Assembly (NCBI GenBank): GCA_951406725.2
Contig: OX597817.1
Coordinates: 105,338,001-105,402,000, forward strand
Direction of reading: 5' to 3'
Origin: Octopus vulgaris
Taxonomy: Eukaryota
Length of the DNA: 64,000 nt
Positions 1-13,329 of the stretch are shown here, in pieces. The position numbers and the translations under genes are program-made. The notes below the pieces were generated by a model. That model had not been told where the DNA came from, ran no database searches, and saw only the letters and a program-made list of their open reading frames with translations. Each line of letters starts with the position of its first letter. The first letter of the stretch is position 1.

Positions 1-1107
1 TGTGGGTTGTATTTTATAGTATTGTATGTTGTGGCTCTTAGGTTCGTGGAATGGTGTGGTGGGACCCTATAAGTGTTTTGGGGTTGGTGTAGGTAGTGTG
101 GGGTGCGTTTTAAATGCATTTTTCTGGTGTAGAGTGTGTTTGGATTTCTTGGTGGTTGTTCTGCTCTGTTGGTATGTCTATTTTCGAACTGGTGTGGTGG
201 GCCTCTGTAGGTGTTTTGGGGTTGGTGTAGGTAGTGTGGGGTGTGTTTTAGGTGTACTTTTCTGGTGTAGAGTGTGGTAGGATTTCTTGGTGGTTGTTCC
301 GTTCTATTGGTATTTGGTTTTGATTTGCTTAATTTTATGAAGGGGTTGTTGGATATGTGTTCATTTTTGAAGTTGGTTTCATAATCTAGAAACCAGATGG
401 CGCTCTTTTCCCATCGTTGGAGGGACTTAAGTTCCTCTTTTTCACATTCTTCATTCCATAGTGCTGTTAATGTTTCAGTATTGTTGTCGTCTATTAGTTT
501 GATGACTTCTTCGTTGATTTCCTCGTCTATGGTTTTTACTTTTTCTTCATTCGTTTTAGCTCTCAGCTTAAGTAGTTCTATTTCCATCTTCATTTTTTCT
601 AATGACATTTTTTCTCTAAGTTTTCTTTGTTCTTCTGGTTCTTCCGAGATGGGTTTGATTTGTAATTTACGGGGTATGACTAGGGGTGTTGAGTCTAGCC
701 ATTTTTGGTAAATCTCTGCTTTATTCTGATTTTGTATCATTTTCCAAAAAGCGAATTTTCTGTTTCGCTGTAGTGTTCTCCATTGGGGGAGGACTTGGTT
801 CTTTATTTGTAATGTTGAAGTTGCTCGGTTCTTCTCATGTGTTCCTTCTTTTTGTTGCTCTTGTTTCGTAAAGTTTGTCGTCATTCGTAAAGAATGTCGT
901 CATTGTATCGCATAGATTTTCAACTTTCTCGAATATTTCGGAGGGTGTTTTATTCGATTCGGTTTCCTCGTTAGTTTGTGTAGAAGGTCGAGGTGTTAAG
1001 TTGAGTTTGTTTAACACTGCTGTTAGGTTTGAATTTATGCTTTTCAATTCTTTCAGTATCTCTTCATTTATTGAGGAGATGTCGTTGGTGTCTTTTTTAG
1101 CAGGCAT
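1..1107 (-). pseudogene. Disrupted N-terminal ORF region, probably of a Penelope-like retroelement; runs off the window start
   Basis: ATG at 1107 (MPAKKDTND...), stop at 835-837. After a frameshift it reads ...RKFAFWKMIQNQNKAEIYQKWLDSTPLVIPRKLQIK...EKMSLEKMKMEIELLKLRAK (coiled-coil). A same-strand hammerhead lies ~130 nt upstream. No RT motifs inside the window. Confidence 0.55.
53..317. repeat. 138-bp tandem repeat (~2 units) inside the ORF remnant
   Basis: Units starting ggtgtggtggg...gtgttttggggttggtgtaggtagtgtgggg at 53 and 191; the period is a multiple of 3. Confidence 0.85.
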
Positions 1108-1232
1108 TTTCGGGAGCTCGTACGTGATATGATATTTATAATAGGATTAGCTCGTATACGAGTAGGTATATATTTGTAAAAAATGAAGTTCGAAAATGCT
1201 GCTGTATTATACAATTTTTAATTTTTATATAT

Positions 1233-1280
1233 ACATTATAACATGTTTCAGTTCCTGAAATGAACCTTATCAAAAAAAGT
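1233..1280 (-). ncRNA. Minimal type I hammerhead-like motif, U3-A8 core variant, stem I decayed
   Basis: Minus strand: acttttt-TTGATAA-GGTTC atttcag GAACT-GAA-ACATGT-T-ataatgt; palindromic stem III ACATGT. Confidence 0.6.
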
Positions 1281-1874
1281 TATATATAAAAAGAGACAGC
1301 TCATGCCGTCAAACACAAGAAATTCATTTATAATACACAACGGAGTCAGACATCTTAGAGTTCATGTATAGTTGATATATAGTTCATGTATAGTTGATAT
1401 ATAGTTTGAAGTATATGTTCAAAGTGTTCGATGCAGTGGCCCACGGTGGCGATACGTATTCAATACAAAAAACAGATCAAAGTGGTGGAAAGCGGTCAAT
1501 ACAGAAGATTGATGTTTCCGAAAGAGCGAGGAATTCATTTTTACCTTAAGCAATTGTGATGACCCATGGTGGAAGTTCGCTGGGTGGTTCTAGTGATTTT
1601 TTGTGAAATGCTCGGTTTTATAATGCCTGTTAGGTGGTCAATCTAGCGTAGCGTGACGTCATCATATATATATATATATATACATACATATATATATATA
1701 TGTATACATATATATATATATGTACATATATGTATGTATGTATATATATAAATAATTATATATATATATAATATGTATATATAATGTATATATACATATA
1801 TATATATCTTCTTTTATTCTTTTATTATTTTACTTGTTTCAGTCCTTTGACTGCGGCTATGCTGGAGCACCGCC

Positions 1875-1952
<78 letters not shown>

Positions 1953-1987
1953 TATATATACATATATATGTGATATACATATATATG

Positions 1988-2285
1988 GAGGCGCAATGGC
2001 CCAGTGGTTAGGGCAGCGGATTCGCGGTTATAGGATCCCGGTTTCGATTCCCAAACCGGGCGTTGTGAGTGTTAATTGAGCAAAAACACCTAATGCTCCA
2101 CGAAGCTCCGGCAGGGGGCGGGGTATCGATCCCTACTGTACTCTTTCGCCACAACTTTCTCTCTCTCTTTCTTGTGTTGGCCTGCTCGCTTAGCCAGCGG
2201 GGTGGCGTCATTTGAAGGCTAAAACAATGCGAAGCGCATTGTGACAAGCGATGTGTAGCAACATCCAATAGCCCGGTCGGTCAAG

Positions 2286-2290
<5 letters not shown>
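1988..2290 (+). mobile_element. tRNA-headed SINE (family 3); other copy at 5531-5875, related head at 44380-44595 (-)
   Basis: ggaggcgcaatggcccagtggttaggg (A-box-like) and ggtttcgattccc (B-box-like); the body is shared with 5531-5875; inserted in (TA)n. Confidence 0.75.
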
Positions 2291-2326
<36 letters not shown>

Positions 2327-2446
2327 CATTATTAGCATATTACTGACAGAGGGACAGGAAATATATGCATTATGGGAACAATTCATCCTGTTCCCATAAT
2401 GCATTTATTTCCTGTCCCACTGTCAGTAATATAAATATATATATAA

Positions 2447-2747
<301 letters not shown>

Positions 2748-3321
2748 CACACATATATACATCCACCCGCACATATCATCACACATATGTATATACACAC
2801 TTATCTACATGCACGCATATGCGCGAATACAATTACTACGCATGCAAATTGACATCTACATCTATATATACATACATATACACGCATATATACACGCTTA
2901 CACTTTTTAACTCATCACCATATAGATCCACGTGTGCCAGTTGATTTCGATTAGTTAGTGGAATTTTGAATTATTATGTTTACACTATAGCGTTTCTAGG
3001 GAAGTGTATTTGTTTAACGGTTTCTTAAAGAGTTATGTCTGAATTTACATGTGAAAATAATAAATGTCCATGTGTACACGCGTGCAAGCGTGCGTAAATT
3101 TAATCACAGATATATACACATACATATACACACAGATATGTACATATACATACATACATATATACATATATGCACACATACATCTATGCACACACAAACC
3201 CATATATATATATAGGCACACACCTACGCCAGTTCAAATGCGCACATGCGTACCTATACACTCAGACATACACACATGTACTTATATAGATACGTATGCA
3301 CACACGCAAGCATAAACATAT

Positions 3322-3364
<43 letters not shown>

Positions 3365-3800
3365 TATATATATATACATATATATACATATACATATATA
3401 CATACACATGTATACATACACACATACACATACACACATATACATATATATATACACACCCTCGCACACATGTATATATATGCATGCATATATATGTATG
3501 TATATGAATACATACGCATATAGATGCATACATGCACGCACATACAACTATGTACATGTACGTTCCAGCATACATACATACATCCACTCACATCTCACCA
3601 TAGCTACATACATAACACGTACTCACATCCACGGATATATGCATACATGCTTTCCCGCATATACATGCACATAGATACAAACACAAACACACACACACAC
3701 ACGTATATGCACATGCTCAGGCATGCGCATACGTATATAAACATGTTACCAGATGCACATACACATTCGCGCGCACGCACGCACACACATATGTGCATAG

Positions 3801-3903
3801 CACCTTAGGCAAGTGTCTTCTACTATATCCTCGGGCCGACCAAAGCCTTGTGAGTGGATTTGGTAAACAGAAAATGTGAGAAACCCGTTGTATTAATATA
3901 ATA

Positions 3904-3956
<53 letters not shown>

Positions 3957-4165
3957 TGTATGTACATATGTATTTGTGTGACTGTGTTTGTCCCCCTATC
4001 ATCGGTTGACAACCGATGTTGGTATATTTACGTCCCTGTAACTTAGCGGTCCGGCAAAAAACCCATAGAATAAGTACTAGGCTTACAAAGAAGAAGTCTT
4101 GGGGTCGATTTGTTCGACTAAAGGCGGTACTCCAGCCTGGCCGCAGCCAAATGACTGAAGAGAGT
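3801..4165 (+). mobile_element. SINE family 2 (ttgggcaagtgtcttc box), 5'-truncated
   Basis: Matches 21712-22315: caccttaggcaagtgtcttctactat...ccgaccaaagccttgtgagtggatttgg...gtcgatttgttcgactaaaggcgg. Confidence 0.8.
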
Positions 4166-4291
4166 AAATGAATAAAAGGATATATGTAAATAATATATGT
4201 GCGTGTATGTGCGTAATTAATATATACGTGCGTCTGTGTGTCGGTGTGTGTGTGTGTGTGTGTGTGCGTGTGCAATTGATATATATATATA

Positions 4292-4445
4292 TTCTTCCTC
4301 CGACTTCTTTTCTCTTTCTGTTTCTCAAGAGGAGTGTTGCTCGAAACGTTAAAGCATATTTTTTTTCTTTCCTTGAGCGTCTGCTAATACTTTATATGTA
4401 CCACATCCCCGCGTTGTTATTTTTGTGTTTGTTCTCTGTGATATA
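4292..4445 (+). mobile_element. Solo pseudo-LTR (43203 family) with decayed hammerhead at 4320-4353
   Basis: gttt-CTCAAGA-G-GAGT gtt GCTC-GAA-ACGT-T-aaa; G5 is replaced by C. Confidence 0.65.
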
Positions 4446-4456
4446 TATAGATTGTG

Positions 4457-4520
<64 letters not shown>

Positions 4521-4524
<4 letters not shown>

Positions 4525-4592
4525 AATATGAGGATAAAATTCTTTTCGAAAAAAAATATTTTCTCGAAAAGAATTTTATCCTCACATTTGAT
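4521..4592. repeat. 72-bp near-perfect palindrome
   Basis: atcaaatatgaggataaaattcttttcga ... tcgaaaagaattttatcctcacatttgat. Confidence 0.85.
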
Positions 4593-4719
4593 ATAAATTT
4601 AAGCGTTCACTTCCGAACTAACTAACTCACTCTGTGAGAGCCTCAGTTCAAATCGCACGTGCTTCGAATGGGCTGGAGTATTTCTATTTTGGATGTATTT
4701 GGGGTACTTAGCTGTGCCA

Positions 4720-4782
4720 TAATAAAACTCAGAGTTTCGGATATCGAGGCGGAAGTCTGCTCCGGCATCTCGTCAGTTATTA
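4720..4782 (-). ncRNA. Type I hammerhead-like motif (left arm)
   Basis: Reverse complement of 5312-5374. Confidence 0.75.
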
Positions 4783-5311
4783 AGACAAACAAAAATACTA
4801 TGAAAATGACCGTTAAATAAAGGGAAATTACTATGAAGATGACCGTTAAGACAAAAGAGCTATGAGAATGACCGTTAAATAAAGGAAAATTACCCGAATA
4901 GGGAGACTGTAAAAATCTTGAAGAAGGTAAACCCACGCTCATAGAATACCTCGTATGCGCGCATGTACATACATACACACGCGCGCATGCGCACCCACGT
5001 GCATGTGCATATATGTATATGCTCACTCACACTCACGTGAAACGCACACATGCACACCGCGGGTGTGAGTGAGCATATACATATATGCGCATGCTCGTGG
5101 GTATGCGTGCGCGCGTGTGTATATATGTACATGCGCGCATACGCGGATTCTATGAGCGTGGGTTTACCTTCTTCAAGATTTTTACAGTCTCCCTATTCGG
5201 GTAATTTTCCTTTATTTAACGGTCATTCTCATAGCTCTTTTGTCTTAACGGTCATCTTCATAGTAATTTCCCTTTATTTAACGGTCATTTTCATAGTATT
5301 TTTGTTTGTCT

Positions 5312-5374
5312 TAATAACTGACGAGATGCCGGAGCAGACTTCCGCCTCGATATCCGAAACTCTGAGTTTTATTA
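5312..5374 (+). ncRNA. Type I hammerhead-like motif (right arm)
   Basis: taataa-CTGACGA-gatg c cgga gcagact tccg cctcga tatc c-GAA-ACTC t GAGT-T-ttatta; 6-bp stem I, self-complementary stem III, one extra C before G12. Confidence 0.75.
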
Positions 5375-5479
5375 TGGCAACCGACTAATTGTCACATATT
5401 ATATCATAGATAAACTCTTCTATTTACATAATATCGATATCTCTTTCATTCTTTTGTTGTCATATTATTATTATTATTA

Positions 5480-5532
<53 letters not shown>

Positions 5533-5913
5533 GAGGCGCAATGGCACAGTGATTAGAGCAGCGGACTCCTCGGATCGCGGTTTCAATTTCCCAGACCGGT
5601 CTTTGTGAGTGTTTATTGAGCGAAAACACCTAAAGCTCCACGATGCTCCGGCAGGGGGTGGTGGCAATCCCTACTGTATTCTTTCGCCACCACTTTCACT
5701 ACAACTTTCTCTCACGCTTTCTTCCTGTTTCTGTTGGCTAATCTCCCCGAGAACTACGGTAAGCGTACATGTGTCTGTGGAGTGCTCGCCTACTCGCACG
5801 TTAATTTCACCAGCAGGCTGTTCCATTGATTGTATCAATTGGAACCCTCATTGTCGTAACCGACGGTGTGCCACGATATATATATATATATGCAAATAAG
5901 GAGTCCAACGTAC

Positions 5914-5978
<65 letters not shown>

Positions 5979-6000
5979 GTACGTATATCCAATATATGTC

Positions 6001-6555
6001 AGGTCACTTTCGAGTGCTACTGATAACATGTAACCCAGTACAACCTGTTGCATGGTCGGGTCGTCGGTGACTAAACCGGCAACCCCACCAAGCTTGCTTG
6101 GTGAGGAGGGTGTTTATTGGACACCCTGCGGGATGAAAAACAAAACCCGTCAAAGGGCGGAGGAACTCTTGAGAGTCAACGGCCATCCAATAAATGTCTT
6201 AAGGCTGTATCATGCGCGGAGACATAGAAATAATCGGACTGAATACTCGATCGCGCGGTTAAACCATTGGGAGTGAAGGTCTCCTAGCTTTTGTTAGGGC
6301 ATCCTTCTAGGAGAAGGTAACTCAGGTAACTGGGATAACTCCGACATAAAACCTGCGGCTCAGTGGTTACCGATGATGTTGACTTGTTCTTCTTTTCGAA
6401 TTAGGGCTGCTGTTGCTTAGTGAGTGGGATTGACTCAGTGCACAGCCTTTCCTCACTTTAAAAAAATCTTCTTGCATAGGTATTGAACGATAACAACATT
6501 GATTAAGCTTCGTGCAATGGCCATACTCGATAACGAGGGGGCAGCCACCATATCC
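6001..6555 (+). mobile_element. RTE-type 5'UTR-derived non-coding element with possible decayed HDV-like ribozyme (6024-6079)
   Basis: gggcatccttctaggagaaggtaactc...aaaacc resembles RTE 5'UTR motifs; the 5' block is shared with 24488-24543 (-). Confidence 0.45.
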
Positions 6556-6574
6556 TATATAAATAAAGATGAGA

Positions 6575-6613
<39 letters not shown>

Positions 6614-6789
6614 TGTCTGTGTCTGTGCGTTTGTGTGTCTGTGTGAATCCCTAAAACTTGAGAACTACACAAGCAATTTCATTCAAATTTTACACATGCC
6701 TAGGGCGAGCCCACAGCAATATCATATCTTCTTTACTATTTCAGTATTACGTGTACATGCATACATACATACATACATACATACATACA

Positions 6790-6825
<36 letters not shown>

Positions 6826-6852
6826 CATACATACATATATATACATACATAA

Positions 6853-6913
<61 letters not shown>

Positions 6914-7531
6914 ATGAATTATCACTGCAAATTACTTAATTTCCTACAAATGTATCTAAGACTACGCTATTCACTGAAACACTTCTTTTTTAAGATAGTA
7001 GAGGTGATTTGAATGAAATGTGGCTGCCGATTCTAACACTTCGGCTGAGTACACAGATGTTCTCTAAGTCGGCTTGATGCGAGTCTCTTAGTCGTTGGTG
7101 AATATTTTCAACATTCGAAATAATTTGATAGAAAATCAGTAAGCTATGTTTAGCAGATAAGCCGTACATTCATCGCATGGCTTACTTCTCGATTTTAATG
7201 AATTTGATCTTTAGTGCATGAAATCATTAATACAGTAATCGGAGTTGTCGCCGTTGTTTTTGTTTGGTTGAGCTAAACGCTGCTCAACAATGCTTACTTT
7301 TGTTCGATACGGCTATAGTTTTGATAGATTAAAGTGAGTGTTGTCGCCACATTTAAGGGGTTCGTGTTTACTTCACTATCTATGTTCAAAAGAATTTAGT
7401 ATAATGCTGCTTTCATATCGGTATCGATCAGTTCTGTCTGTTTAGCAGAGTTTATAACTAAATTAAAATAGGCTTTTTTCCTCTTCACCGGGTAAAATGT
7501 GCATGTACCTCCACACACGCACATTAGCGTA

Positions 7532-7594
<63 letters not shown>

Positions 7595-7747
7595 CAAGTT
7601 TGCCTACATTTGTATTTGCGTATCCAAAACTTGAAATAGATTTCGTCTCCTTGTCTTTGTTTTTCAGTCTGTCTGGCTGTTTACCTCTTTCTCTCCGTCC
7701 CAAACACACACATGCACACACACACATACACAGACACACACATACAG

Positions 7748-7778
<31 letters not shown>

Positions 7779-7841
7779 TGCACACATGCATATAATATAG
7801 TTCTGTTATTGATATGTGTATATATATGCGTATATATATTA

Positions 7842-8068
7842 GGCGGCGAGCTGGCAGAAACTTTAGTATGCCGGGCGAAATGCGTAGCCGTATTTCGTCT
7901 GTCGTTATGTTCTGAGTTCAAATTCCGCCGAAGTCGACTTTGCCTTTCATCCTTTCGGGGTCGATAAATTAAGTACCAGTTGCGCACTGGGGTCGATGTA
8001 ATCGACTTAATCCGTTTGTCTGTCCTTGTTTTAACCTGTGTTTTAACCCCTTGTGGGTAGTAAAGAAA
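7842..8068 (+). mobile_element. tRNA-headed SINE family 1 (Nin/Deu-like central domain); many further copies, e.g. 9440-9650(-), 16149-16360, 20655-21070(-), 34180-34335, 41720-42115, 52695-53392(-), 55715-55872(-), 56762-56915, 60185-60400(-)
   Basis: ggcggcgagctggcagaa...gagttcaaattccgccga.gtcgactttgcctttcatcctttcggggtcgataaattaagtaccag recurs throughout the window. Confidence 0.85.
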
Positions 8069-8480
8069 TATATATATATGTGTGTATTTGTGCTTGTATC
8101 TGCATGCATGCATGCATGCATGTATGTATGTATGTATGTATGTAATTATGCTTTTGTACGTGTGTGTGTGTGTGTGTTTGTGTGTCTGCGTGTCGAGTCA
8201 GAACGCTTCTAATTCGTATAAGAGAAACAATGCTCGTTCTGACAATAACAGTCATAATTTTTCCCCAGGATATTACTAGTGTGAGTAAAGGCAAGTGTTT
8301 TCCTTCGGAAATTGTAACCAGGTCGCGAATTTAGACATTCGACAACTTACATTCCTGTTCTACGACGTTGATCTCGAAATCTGCTCAGACTGATTGCTGA
8401 GAAAAATCTTATTCTAGTTCCGTCTTCTAAAACAAATTTCATATTGAAATATATGCTCCCCATTGACTACACTACCACCG

Positions 8481-8707
8481 ACACCACAAACTCCACCGCC
8501 GCCGCTGCCGCCGTTGCCGCCACTGCTGTCACTGCGCCACTGCTGTCACCGCGCCACTGCTGTCACCGCGCCACTGCTGTCACCGTCGCCACTACTGTCA
8601 CTGCCGCCACTGCTGTCACCGCCGCAGTTGCTATCACCGCCGCCACTGCTGTCACCGCTGTCACCGCTGTCACCGCTGTCACCGCTGTCGCCGCCGCCGT
8701 AGCCACC
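8481..8707. repeat. GC-rich 9-bp minisatellite (gctgtcacc / gccgccact)n
   Basis: Repeats visible directly; translates to Ala/Val/Thr triplets in one frame. Confidence 0.85.
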
Positions 8708-11089
8708 ATGAGATAATGACACTGTGCCAATGTACGAAATATTTTCTGATTATACTTTAAAATCTGTTAATTGGCAAGATGTGCCTGTAATTTATAGGAA
8801 ATACTCAAAATGATTTAGTTCTTTAATTTACATATTCTTTTATACATTATTAGGTTTTTGATGTTTCGCAGTGTTGTCGCAGACGATTGTTAAGCGGAGT
8901 AATTGTTAAATGGCGCATAGTTGAGTAGTTGATAAAGGTAGATGAAACGAATTCCTGAAAATAAAGTCACAATAAAAGTCATAGAAACAATTCACAGGAA
9001 AACTTCAATAATTGACTGATTTAATAATGTTTTGCTTTATTTTGTTTTTACTTGTAAGATATCAAATAAAACGTAATTTTCCCCCCACATACCTGTGATA
9101 AATATTGTAATATTGTGCACAAGTCATGTTATCAAGTAATAAACTTCCTAAAATATTATGTATTTAATTATTCTACTTGTGTACTACAATGCTTCAAGCG
9201 AACTACATCATTTTACTGTAACTATTATTTATGATATTTAAATGAAATGTGACATTTTCTCGTGATCCTTTTCTTTTTTTCTTTCTTTTTGGTGAGATAA
9301 GCTTGTTACTTTTCTCTGTAGTTTTATTTTTCCTATCATTTTATATCCGTTCTCCGATTAACCAATTACCACAAAATCGTTAATCGGTAAAATTGATCTT
9401 ATACCTTGGTCATAAAACATAAACATAATAATTTTTTTACAACAATAAGCACAAGGCCTTGAATTCTGCGGGGTGGGGTTTATTCGATAACATCGATTTC
9501 AGTGCTCAATAAAGTGGTAATTATTTTATCGACTCCGGGAGGATGAAAAGCAAAATCGACATCGGCGGTATTTGAGCTCAGAACATATGGCCAAAAGAAA
9601 TGCCATTAAAGCTTTTTGTCTGGTGTGCTAATGATTCTGCTAACTCGCCGCCCCATAACGCATAAGCATAATAAGATCTTTACCAAATTAGGCGACGATT
9701 TGGTTGGGTCGTTAGGGTGCTCGACAGAAATCTTTCTGGTGCTTCTTCTGGTACTCAGTTCAAATCCTGCCAAGATCGAATTTACCGTCATTTGGGGCTT
9801 GATAAATAAAGTACCGGACAAGTACTGAGGCCATTTGTGCTACTTTAGCGGGCGCTCTGCGCCGTAGTCACTATTTCTAAAATGATCTGATCTGGGTTAG
9901 AGCACAAACACACGCACACACACATACTTACCCTCTCTCTCTTTCACACACATACACACACACACACACACACATACATTAATAGACACAGAATCGATGA
10001 GGGTGGGTAAGGAAGAACCACTCCTGTTGTAGTTAGAAGACACTTAGCTCTTTAATTATCCTGAAGTTACCACGATTAGCCAACGAGGTGGTTTACGCAG
10101 TCACTGAACTTGCATAAAATATCTACTGAATTTCCCTCAAATCACTCCCTATCGTCTTCAAAGGGAAAGGACACGTTAGACAATGTTATCCTCTCTGGGT
10201 TAGGGTTAAACAACACGCTAAAGTTTAAATAGCCAGATATACTGCACGCTCAAGTGGTACTGACAAATAACCTTCTCTCTCAAAAATTGTCTGCGCTGAA
10301 AGAACCAAAGGAAAGACATTCATATGGTGATCCTACTAATCCTTTAGCACCACTGTATGGAATGGCTAATAAATGAAATTACCCATTTGAACGAAGGTTA
10401 TCTTTTCATTCTGCAATAGTTGGGCCGATCATTCTTTATAAGACGAAGTGAGCTACTACAGGACCGATATAACTCAAACTATCAAAGCAAAATATACTCA
10501 CATTGAATTCGATGTATTTGTTGTTGAACTTTAGATCAACCCTGATTGAGTAGAACTAAGATCAAATGTGTTTCGACCGAGATCAGATTGTGTTCTTGTA
10601 TACAAGGGAAGAGTGTTTCTCATAGGAATAAAAAAACTTTGAGGATTGAAAAGAAATAAATTGCTATGTTTAAAATATTAAAGCGCTTTAAAACGTTTTA
10701 AACTATTTAAAACTCAGAAGGAAGAAGAATCATATGGAGATAAACTCTATTTTGTTTTGCCATTAAGAAAGAGTGAGAGTAGTAAAAAGGTCTCACTAAT
10801 ATTTTAGCGTGGCTCGCTATATTTTCAGTATGCGAGCCATTGTATGATAGGATAACATTGCCTAATGTGTTCTTTCCATTTTTAAGAGGGTGGGGAGTGA
10901 TTTCGTGGTAATTCAGTAGCTATTTTAAGCAAGTTCAGTGACTGCGTAAACTTCCTGTTTCGCTAATCGTGATGATTTCAGGATAGTCAAAAAGCTAAAT
11001 GTCTTCTAACAACAACAGGAGTGGTTCTTTGTTACCCCATCCTCATCGATTCCCTGTATGTATATGTGTGTGTATATGTGTGTGAAAGA

Positions 11090-11200
<111 letters not shown>

Positions 11201-11639
11201 ATGTGTGTTTACCTAAAATAGCAATTGAAAGCGTATTGAAAGCTTCAAGTGAACTTTCTATGTAATGCAAAAATGTTACGTATATTTTAATGTATTTCTT
11301 CGAACCCAAAACGAGGTTCAGAACGCTGCAAATAGCCCGATAGTTGTAGTAGATAAGTGAATATTTAGAACGAGTGAGGTAAATTTCACCATAAGCACGA
11401 CTATAATTGTGTCAATATGCTTTTCTCGATTTAGTAATGGCTGCCGAACTGTTCAAGTTGATATACTACCTATATGTGCACGAAGTAGGCTTTCACCATA
11501 TCAGCTAACTTCTATTATAGTAAATACAATTACTAGAAGTATAGCGTTTTAATCACACACTTTCAACATTGTATATCACGATCTTAAAAATGACCGGCAG
11601 AACTATTGTCGTGCGTGTTTGCGTACATGCAGGGGTATG

Positions 11640-11674
<35 letters not shown>

Positions 11675-11948
11675 TCAATGATTTTTATTATGTAGTTGTG
11701 TTTTAATGGTTGATTCTATGCGTGTACGTATGCGTGCATTTTATTTAGCTCCTTGTACGGTAATGTATTCGATGATTCTATATGCAATTGATGAGACAGT
11801 TTACTGCATATGGTATAAAAAAAAAAAGAAAAGAAAAATATTAAACTATTGTTTAACCCTAAGTCTGTCTGCTCGATCCGATCGGACCTATAATTAAAGG
11901 CATTTCAAGAATGGCCATCTTATCATTTCATATATCTAATAATATACT

Positions 11949-12010
<62 letters not shown>

Positions 12011-12652
12011 TTGAGAGAGATTTGGCTTCTATTTCTAGTAGGCCGGACGTCTACTCAGAGACATTCGATATGTGAGAGCAGTAACACGTGGTATCTTTGT
12101 CTTAACATATAAAATGTTAATTAGAATTAACAGTGCTTTTTTTTATTACCTCTCTCTTCAATTTTTATCTATTTATTTATTTATTCACTGTATCTTGTAC
12201 GTCCTTCCTCTTTCCTTTCGTTTTCCTCTTTTCCTGTCTTACCTTATCAACTTTTAGGGACTAATAGTGGAAGCCGCTTATTATAATCACGGATGTCATC
12301 GAACAGTTTTTTAAAATTGATGAATTCAAATGCTTAGGATAAAACTACATAATGTTAGCAACTGGTTAATGTTATCTATGTATAAAAAAACTCCATTCCA
12401 GTGATGACAATAAGCGGCTTTTACTATTGTGAAGATGACTTGCTAATCACACTACAAAGGAATATATATATTGCAATTTACCGATTTTGATATTGATTTA
12501 CCTTAAAATAATGCTTTTTTCGTTTATTTTCGCTGAAATTTCAAGATATTATTCTTGTTAAACCGAGGTTAACTCTTATCGAGCAGATTTATGCGCAAAG
12601 GCGTTCCAGCCATCACTTGCCAGTTTATTTTTTGTCTGTATATATAACTGTA

Positions 12653-12706
<54 letters not shown>

Positions 12707-13173
12707 TTTGTGTTTGTATCAACCTCCCCAACGCTTGACAACCGGTAACCTAGCATTTCGACAAAAGTGACCGACAGGATAAATACCAGGCTTTAAAAAA
12801 AAGTACTGTAGTTGATACATTCGACAAAAAATTCTTCAAGGCTAGCTCCCCAGCATGGTCGCGGTCTAGTGAGTGACGTAGTAAAAGTTAAAAGATATCA
12901 GGACTAGATTGTCTTACATTGAAAGTGAGGTTCATGGTACTGAGTTAGAGCAGTATGTGTGCATGTATGTGTATGTATATGTGTGCGTGCGTGAGTGCTG
13001 CATGCGTGTGTGTATGTGCGCATTCATGTATGTTTGTGTAGTACGATATATCTCATCTTTCGGAAGATATATATATATTGATCCGGTTCTTGGCTGAAGA
13101 TTGAAGGCTTCCGTGTTTTTTGTATCGTCTTCTAAATGTTTTACGTTCTTGTCCCAGTTTGTATTTTTCTACA

Positions 13174-13225
<52 letters not shown>

Positions 13226-13329
13226 GTGCATATATACATACGTATATATACATACATCTATATGTATATATATGCATATGTAGGTACAGGACGTCATGAA
13301 ACGCGTACAACAGAAATGTACGAAGTACG

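Larger units (their letters stand above)
4715..5379. repeat. Fold-back element: ~318-bp inverted arms (4715-5032, 5063-5379)
   Basis: Near-identical ORF translations on opposite strands (4643..5026 - and 5050..5388 +); internal repeats ctatgaaaatgaccgttaa. Confidence 0.95.

Noticed and set aside
7842-7930. tRNA-like A/B boxes in SINE heads
   Set aside because: No complete cloverleaf; these are SINE promoters, not tRNA genes.
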